Source: Halogeometricum borinquense DSM 11551 (GTDB lineage: Archaea > Halobacteriota > Halobacteria > Halobacteriales > Haloferacaceae). Taken from it: a DNA stretch of 17,535 bases. Under the pieces are notes generated by a model. The model worked only from the letters and a program-made list of their open reading frames with translations, had not been told where the DNA came from and ran no database searches. Where the stretch lies: assembly GCF_000172995.2 (NCBI RefSeq), contig NC_014737.1:1-17535 (forward strand). Reading direction: 5' to 3'. Positions 13,032 through 17,535 of this stretch are shown in pieces (the stretch's first letter is position 1; each line of letters opens with the position of its first letter). Made by a program: the position numbers and the translations under genes.

Positions 13032-13430
13032 ATGACCGTGGAAGAGACGCTGAAACAGCGATTCACGGGACTCCCTTCCGACCAGAACGCGGTGGACGCG
13101 TCGTGCTGCAAGCGCTGTCGAGAATACGGCTCCCTCGAAGAGATGGAGTTCGACGAGAACGAGCGCGTCTACGCGACCGTCGCCTGGAAGAAGAACCTGC
13201 GCGGTGAGGCCAGCTGGGAACTCATCGGCCTCTTCCACCAGGACCACGGCGACGTCGCCGATCTCCCCGAGGACCCGCGCCGGCCCTGCGCAGTTCTGGA
13301 GGTGACACTCGAACCGAGCAACGCGCTCCCCCGCTTCGGCCAGATCGACGGCGCGGCGTTCACGCTCGGGCAGGTGGACGTCCTCGACACCGCCGGCGTC
13401 GTCGCCCGGAAAACGGTTGCTGCTGACTAA
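13032..13430 (+). CDS. Acidic hypothetical protein
   Basis: 132-aa ORF from ATG 13032. The track's 12924 start adds a basic, non-coding-like extension that would cover unit B. GC3 is high and the protein is acidic. It overlaps the convergent gene's stop by 4 nt. Confidence 0.65.
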   Translation: MTVEETLKQRFTGLPSDQNAVDASCCKRCREYGSLEEMEFDENERVYATVAWKKNLRGEASWELIGLFHQDHGDVADLPEDPRRPCAVLEVTLEPSNALPRFGQIDGAAFTLGQVDVLDTAGVVARKTVAAD

Positions 13431-13846
13431 CCCTGTTCTTCGAACCACTGCGGAGCGCCCGTGTACTCGCTCCAGCAGCGCTTGTGACACGGCTCCCCTC
13501 GGGCGTTCGGTATCGCTCGGTCGAAATCGACCTGCTTTCCACAGAGGTCACACTCAGCGCTGTGCCCGTGCATCCGAGCGTCGTTCGAGAGCCCCTTTGT
13601 CTCGATGTACAGCTCGTGCAGCGCCCGCGGAGTGAGCCGGACCAGCACCTTCTCGCGGTCGTCCGGGTTCCGCTTCTCTGGCGTGTACGTGAGCACCCAG
13701 TCCTGGCCGGGTTCTCCGTCACCGGCTGGCCCGAGGGAGATCGTCTGCGCGAGTTCGTCCGGAACGTAGTGCCACTCGTTGTCTCTGAACCTCGGGTAGT
13801 GTCCCTCCGGGCGTGGGTTCTCCGGATCAACGTCGTCTTCGGTCAT
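13427..13846 (-). CDS. Hypothetical protein with a C-terminal zinc-finger-like motif
   Basis: 139-aa ORF. Its ATG overlaps the upstream stop (ATGA). Motif: HGHSAECDLCGK...CHKRCW. Confidence 0.7.
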   Translation of the reverse strand: MTEDDVDPENPRPEGHYPRFRDNEWHYVPDELAQTISLGPAGDGEPGQDWVLTYTPEKRNPDDREKVLVRLTPRALHELYIETKGLSNDARMHGHSAECDLCGKQVDFDRAIPNARGEPCHKRCWSEYTGAPQWFEEQG

Positions 13847-14058
13847 GCGCTCTCACCGTCCTCGGGCCAGTGCCAGACGACGTCGCCGTCGTCGAGGGAG
13901 AGGACGCCGTCGCGTTCCGCGCGCTCGTAGGCGGCCATGAGCGGGGTAAACCCTACGCGCTTGCCCGTTCGCGCGGTGAATACGCGGGAGTAGGCGCGCA
14001 GGAGCCGCCACCGACGCCACCGCGTCCGGAGCTGGTGTAGGTACCTGTACATCGTCAC
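13843..14058 (-). CDS. Small protein with an Arg-rich basic N-terminus (possible recombination directionality factor or DNA binder)
   Basis: 71-aa ORF, translationally coupled on both sides (4-nt overlaps with the recombinase and with the downstream gene). The N-terminus YRYLHQLRTRWRRWRLLRAY is atypically basic for this acidic proteome. Confidence 0.55.
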   Translation of the reverse strand: MTMYRYLHQLRTRWRRWRLLRAYSRVFTARTGKRVGFTPLMAAYERAERDGVLSLDDGDVVWHWPEDGESA

Positions 14059-14684
14059 ACCAGGTGGGAGTAGATTCGGTCCGTCGTCTCCCTGGACGAA
14101 TGGCGCAGGTGGCGCTGCACGTCTTCCAGACGACCGCCCTGTTCGACGATGATGCGGTAGGCCACCGAGTGTCGGAAGGTGTGCGGGGTGACGTCCTCGG
14201 GGCTGGGTTCACTGTCCTCGGTGGCGACGCTCTTCACCTGTGGCGTCACGTCGGCGGCCTGTGCGGCTCGCTTCACGACGCGCTGAACGCTGCGGGGTGT
14301 CGCCCGGTCTGACTCTCGGGACGGGAACAGCGCCCCGTTCTCGGGCTCCTTCCACCGCCCTGTGAGATACTGCTTCAGAGTGTCGCGGGCACTGTAGACG
14401 TCGCCGAAGTCGTCGAGGTAGACGGTCGCGTCGCCCGGACGGCCCTTCTGCTTGTGACTCGGTAGGTAGATGTGAGGCCGTTCGGCGTCCAGGTGGAGGT
14501 CGCCGACGTCGAGATCGACCAGTTCGCTCACCCGGAGACCGGTGTCGGCGAGCACGGTGATCATGGCGTAGTTGCGCTGCTGGAGGTACGTCGGGAACGT
14601 CTCGCTGAGGCAGACGCTTCGAACTCGTTTCACTTGGTCGGGCTTCATCCAGGACTTCGCCTGGGTGGTCTCGGTGGTGCTCAT
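14055..14684 (-). CDS. Tyrosine recombinase/integrase (catalytic-domain-sized, 209 aa)
   Basis: Motifs: ADTGLRVSEL (Arg I), HTFRHSVA (H-x-x-R), LRHSSRETTDRIYSHL (His/Tyr). Confidence 0.9.
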   Translation of the reverse strand: MSTTETTQAKSWMKPDQVKRVRSVCLSETFPTYLQQRNYAMITVLADTGLRVSELVDLDVGDLHLDAERPHIYLPSHKQKGRPGDATVYLDDFGDVYSARDTLKQYLTGRWKEPENGALFPSRESDRATPRSVQRVVKRAAQAADVTPQVKSVATEDSEPSPEDVTPHTFRHSVAYRIIVEQGGRLEDVQRHLRHSSRETTDRIYSHLV

Positions 14685-14738
14685 CTGAGTGTCGTTTTCT
14701 TTCGTGGTGGGTGTTCCGCGAAGGGTCGCGGAGGATTC

Positions 14739-14747
14739 TTTTATAAA
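14739..14747. promoter_or_regulatory. Palindromic TATA element TTTTATAAA
   Basis: An AT-rich nonamer 55-63 nt upstream of the recombinase ATG at 14684. It lies in the divergent gap between the recombinase and the TA pair. Confidence 0.35.
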
Positions 14748-14768
14748 CTGTACGGGGGCCGGTTGTGA

Positions 14769-14803
14769 CGAGTGTCGTATTCTATGTTATTCTGCGACAC
14801 TCG
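14769..14803. promoter_or_regulatory. Operator-like perfect 9-bp inverted repeat CGAGTGTCG-N17-CGACACTCG
   Basis: Read directly at 14769-14777 and 14795-14803. The spacer TATTCTATGTTATTCTG is AT-rich. It lies upstream of the TA promoter (TATAT at 14840-14844). Confidence 0.45.
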
Positions 14804-14872
14804 CCTGACTTATTGGCAGGGGGTACGGTCCGGTAACTGTATATGCTTTCGCTACACAATTTCAACACAGCC

Positions 14873-15148
14873 ATGTCCGAGGCCGACACCCCACCCGACA
14901 AGACCACCGTGAACATCCGCATCACCGAGACCTTCCTCGCCGACGTCGATGGGGCGTGGGAGGACCTCGGGTACAACAGTCGCAGTGAGTTCATCCGCGA
15001 CGTCCTCCGCGACGCCGTGAAACACCCCGACTTCAACCGCGCCGACCTGAAGGCGATGCTCGCCGGTGAGGTGGACATCCAGGAAGGCCGCACACACACC
15101 AGCGACGAGGTGAAGGCCGAGTACGGCCTCGACGGCGAGGACGAGTGA
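14873..15148 (+). CDS. Ribbon-helix-helix (CopG/RelB-like) antitoxin
   Basis: TTVNIRITETFLADVDGAWEDLGYNSRSEFIRDVLRDAV fits a strand-helix-helix pattern. TATAT (14840-14844) lies about 30 nt upstream of ATG 14873. The track's 14843 start lies inside the TATA. The toxin gene follows after 3 nt. Confidence 0.8.
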   Translation: MSEADTPPDKTTVNIRITETFLADVDGAWEDLGYNSRSEFIRDVLRDAVKHPDFNRADLKAMLAGEVDIQEGRTHTSDEVKAEYGLDGEDE

Positions 15149-15151
15149 TCG

Positions 15152-15436
15152 ATGAGCGACGACTGGCGCTGGGAGCTCACCGACACTGCTGAGCGGCAGT
15201 TCGGGAGCCTCGACGAGTACGCGCGTGAGCGCATCGCCTCGAAGTTGGACGAGATCGTCGATGATCAGTGGCGCGAACCGAGCGACTACCTGGAGCCGCT
15301 TCAGGGTGCGCCTCACCAGAAACTCCGCATCGGCCCGTTCCGTCTCGGCTGTCGGGCAGACCGTGACAAGAAGATCCTCTACGTCCTCCGAATCCGGAAA
15401 CGGGGCGGTGATGCCTATCGCGGAGACGACGACTAA
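15152..15436 (+). CDS. relE: RelE/ParE-superfamily toxin
   Basis: 94 aa. It carries the typical KLRIGPFRLGCRADRDKKILYVLRIRKRGGDAY C-terminal core and lies immediately downstream of an RHH gene. Confidence 0.75.
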   Translation: MSDDWRWELTDTAERQFGSLDEYARERIASKLDEIVDDQWREPSDYLEPLQGAPHQKLRIGPFRLGCRADRDKKILYVLRIRKRGGDAYRGDDD

Positions 15437-15972
15437 GCCGACTCGCCCGTGTAGACGTAGTCGTCGCCGTCCATCTCCACGCCGGGCAGCTGCGTGAGCG
15501 TGTTGAAGTCACGGCCCTGCGACTCGTTCTTCTTCACCCAGTTCCCCCAGAACGACCCGAACGACGCGTAGGCGACGTCGAGGCCGCACTCCTCGACGAG
15601 GTCCTCCAGGTCGCCCTTCGACACGCGCTCGCCCGGGTGGTCGCGCAGGTGCTCGTAGAACGCCAGCACGGTCTCCACACGAGCCTCGTACTTCGACCCG
15701 CTTCCCGACAGGTCCAGAGACCGGAGTACGTCTTCGGCGTCCTCCTGCACGCTCTCTTGGGGCGACTCAGCGGCTTCCTGTTCCGGCGGGGGTGATGGAG
15801 CGTCTCGACGCTCCGTGCGCGAGTGTGGACTCTCAGGCGGCTCCTGTGAGGCCGACTGGTCGCCCTCCTCGATGAGCCGCCAGATGACGTCTTCGTAACT
15901 GTCTCCACGTTCTTTGCGCTCGTGCAGTTCATCGGCCAGTTCGTCACTGACCTGGATCGTCGTTCGTCCCAT
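15433..15972 (-). CDS. RHH-domain protein with a C-terminal domain of unknown function
   Basis: The N-terminus MGRTTIQVSDELADELHERKERGDSYEDVIWRLIEEG is RHH-like. A minus-strand TTTATG (about 15996-16003) sits 24-31 nt upstream of ATG 15972, which is leaderless geometry. The longest ORF starts at 15999. Confidence 0.75.
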   Translation of the reverse strand: MGRTTIQVSDELADELHERKERGDSYEDVIWRLIEEGDQSASQEPPESPHSRTERRDAPSPPPEQEAAESPQESVQEDAEDVLRSLDLSGSGSKYEARVETVLAFYEHLRDHPGERVSKGDLEDLVEECGLDVAYASFGSFWGNWVKKNESQGRDFNTLTQLPGVEMDGDDYVYTGESA

Positions 15973-15989
15973 ATCGTTCGTTGTGTCTG

Positions 15990-16054
15990 CTATGGTCATA
16001 AAGACCCTATGAGCCTATGTTCTCTACAGTAACATAGTTCTATGGTTGCCATAG
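15990..16054. promoter_or_regulatory. Cluster of CTATG/CATAG repeats (operator-like) in a divergent promoter region
   Basis: CTATG occurs at 15990, 16007, 16015 and 16040. CATAG occurs at 16033 and 16050. This includes the perfect palindrome CTATGG-TTG-CCATAG (16040-16054). The TATA-like TTTATTA (16056-16062) is adjacent. Confidence 0.5.
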
Positions 16055-16165
16055 ATTTATTATGCCGCAGTATAGACTACGTGGTAAGCACGGAAACTGG
16101 CCGTCCTCAGAAGGATGGCCGGGGGCGCTGGAACGCCCTCGACCGTGCTGGTAAGGAAACCAGCA

Positions 16166-16594
16166 ATGTCAGCAAACGACTGCAACGGCCATAACGGCCA
16201 CGATACGGACGACTGTACAGCCACCGAACCGAACTGGGAGAGCGTCGCTCGGAGCGCGCTCGCCGAGTTGTTCTTCACCCGGAAGCTCGAACTCCAGAAC
16301 AGCCTCGGGACCATCGAGGCGCGCCTGGGTCGGTTCAGCGACGATGACCTCACGGCGGAGCACATCAGGCAGTTCCGGAACGACTTCTACGACCTCCAGC
16401 GCCTCGTCGAGGAGGACATCGTCCCGCTCGTGGACGGCGTGGAGCCGTACGAGCAGGCGACGATGAACCTCACGGCGGGACAGAAGGCTAAGGCTCTCGA
16501 TCTCCGCTGGGAGGACGTCCGCGACCTCCCGCGGAAGAGTGAGATCGAGGACGAGGAAGAAGAGGAGACGGAGGGTGACGATGCGGACGAGTGA
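16166..16594 (+). CDS. Acidic hypothetical protein
   Basis: 142 aa from ATG 16166. The track's 16115 start adds a Gly/Ala/Pro-rich extension. GC3 is high and the C-terminus is acidic. Confidence 0.65.
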   Translation: MSANDCNGHNGHDTDDCTATEPNWESVARSALAELFFTRKLELQNSLGTIEARLGRFSDDDLTAEHIRQFRNDFYDLQRLVEEDIVPLVDGVEPYEQATMNLTAGQKAKALDLRWEDVRDLPRKSEIEDEEEEETEGDDADE

Positions 16595-16715
16595 CGCCCG
16601 CGTGACCGCTCGCATGCGCCGGACCGAGAGCGGCGAAGTCCTCCGCGAGTACATCGTGGACGGCGTCGCCTACGGTTCAATCGATGCGGTGAAGACGGCT
16701 CTCGGGGGTGCCTAA
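16581..16715 (+). CDS. Possible 44-aa small protein (not in the ORF track)
   Basis: ATG 16581 to TAA 16713-16715 translates to MRTSDARVTARMRRTESGEVLREYIVDGVAYGSIDAVKTALGGA. Third codon positions are mostly G/C. GAGGGTGA lies just upstream. It overlaps the previous gene's end by 14 nt. Confidence 0.35.
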   Translation: MRTSDARVTARMRRTESGEVLREYIVDGVAYGSIDAVKTALGGA

Positions 16716-16719
16716 CTCC

Positions 16720-16938
16720 ATGCAGGAACACTGGAGCCGGAGAGGCTACCTCGGTAGCGTCGCAGGTCTCGCGGGCGCGCTGGCAGGCGTCTCGAACAGC
16801 GACCGAGACCGTGAGGAGGACGACGCCGACGCCCAGACCCCAGGGCTTCAGACGATCACGCTCCGCATCCCGAAGGAGGTAGCCGACGATCTCGACGTCG
16901 AGGCCGGCGACAGCGTCCTCTACCAGGGCACGAACTGA
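16720..16938 (+). CDS. Small protein with a twin-arginine (Tat) signal-like N-terminus and an AbrB/SpoVT-like C-terminal segment
   Basis: From ATG 16720: MQEHWSRRGYLGSVAGLAGALAG, where an RR motif is followed by a hydrophobic stretch. The C-terminal ITLRIPKEVADDLDVEAGDSVLY resembles an AbrB-type swapped-hairpin strand pair. Confidence 0.55.
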   Translation: MQEHWSRRGYLGSVAGLAGALAGVSNSDRDREEDDADAQTPGLQTITLRIPKEVADDLDVEAGDSVLYQGTN

Positions 16939-16985
16939 CTATCGAACACCCTTCTCTCAAGTAGCACACCACCAACATCGAATCC

Positions 16986-17246
16986 ATGTCCGACGACGAC
17001 ACCGCCGAGATCACCGTCACGTACCGACCCGACGACCAGCGCGCTGAGGTCCGCTGCGACTACCCCGGCGACGACCCGGAGGACCGCGACGACCGCGTTC
17101 GCCAGCTCTTCGAGGCGGTCTACGAAGCGGCTTCGGACGAACTGGAGGACGAGGGCCTGCACGTCATCGCCGGTGGCGAGGTGACCGACGCCGAGAACGC
17201 CGTCGCGCACTCCTTCGGCACCGACGACGACGTCCCGACGATCTGA
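16986..17246 (+). CDS. Small, very acidic hypothetical protein
   Basis: 86-aa ORF with an ATG start, high GC3 and high D/E content. No recognisable motif. Confidence 0.6.
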   Translation: MSDDDTAEITVTYRPDDQRAEVRCDYPGDDPEDRDDRVRQLFEAVYEAASDELEDEGLHVIAGGEVTDAENAVAHSFGTDDDVPTI

Positions 17247-17535
17247 CCGACACCGACCACCCCTCTTTTCGAGCGCCTCGACGAGACGGTTAGACGAACT
17301 GAGAGGTTTGAGTTCCATATAGTCGCATTTGGTTTACGAGGGTTCGCGCTATTTTTCGAATTTCGGCGGCGCTACCCCACTAAGCCCGTTCTGGAAGGGT
17401 GTTCCGACCCCGTCAGGGGTGGGGGTAAGACGTCGAAGACCGGCTTCCACCACCCTCCATTTCCACCCCTGCTTCAGCTACTCTGTTGAGGACCTCGATC
17501 TCGCTGATTTTCTTTTTCGACCCCGGTGGTCCGGC

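Noticed and set aside
1-17535. Search for tRNA, rRNA and CRISPR arrays
   Set aside because: I found no cloverleaf-compatible segment with T-loop (GTTCRAAT) or acceptor features. There is no rRNA-like conserved stretch. There is no regularly spaced 25-40-bp direct-repeat array. The repeats present are the ones listed above.

Overview
High-GC window with uniformly acidic (D/E-rich) predicted proteins, TATA boxes spaced for leaderless or short-leader starts, GGAGGTGA-type Shine-Dalgarno sites inside operons, and one Tat-type signal peptide. This points to a haloarchaeal (class Halobacteria) plasmid or integrated mobile element. I found no rRNA, tRNA or CRISPR array, and no capsid or membrane/spike proteins. 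I support about 23 CDS. They fall into these modules. (1) 485-4420 (-): a four-gene, translationally coupled operon. It comprises a protein with an N-terminal putative DNA-binding motif, two tandem paralogs that are each internally duplicated, and an orphan P-loop NTPase. This is my best candidate for an undescribed system. (2) 4811-10118 (+): two small proteins, a 437-aa protein with an extreme acidic tail, an SF1 UvrD/Rep-like helicase, and an AEP PrimPol with a C-terminal zinc finger. I read this as the replication module. (3) 10615-12107 (+): two overlapping tyrosine recombinase genes, followed directly by a single-gene cassette (12228-12824, -). The cassette is bracketed by two direct copies of a ~53-bp palindromic unit and by inverted copies of a 12-mer. 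(4) 13427-14684 (-): a third tyrosine recombinase with two coupled small genes. (5) 14873-15436 (+): an RHH-RelE type II toxin-antitoxin pair. (6) 15433-17246: an RHH-domain regulator and several small acidic proteins. Non-coding signals of note are listed next. The 12-mer CCCGGATGCGGG occurs five times on both strands. A 148-bp MITE-like element has 29-bp imperfect terminal inverted repeats. Two long hairpin-rich leaders share motifs. There are operator-like palindromes. Both window ends carry low-complexity or iteron-like sequence. All functional calls come from motif reading by eye; no database search was possible.
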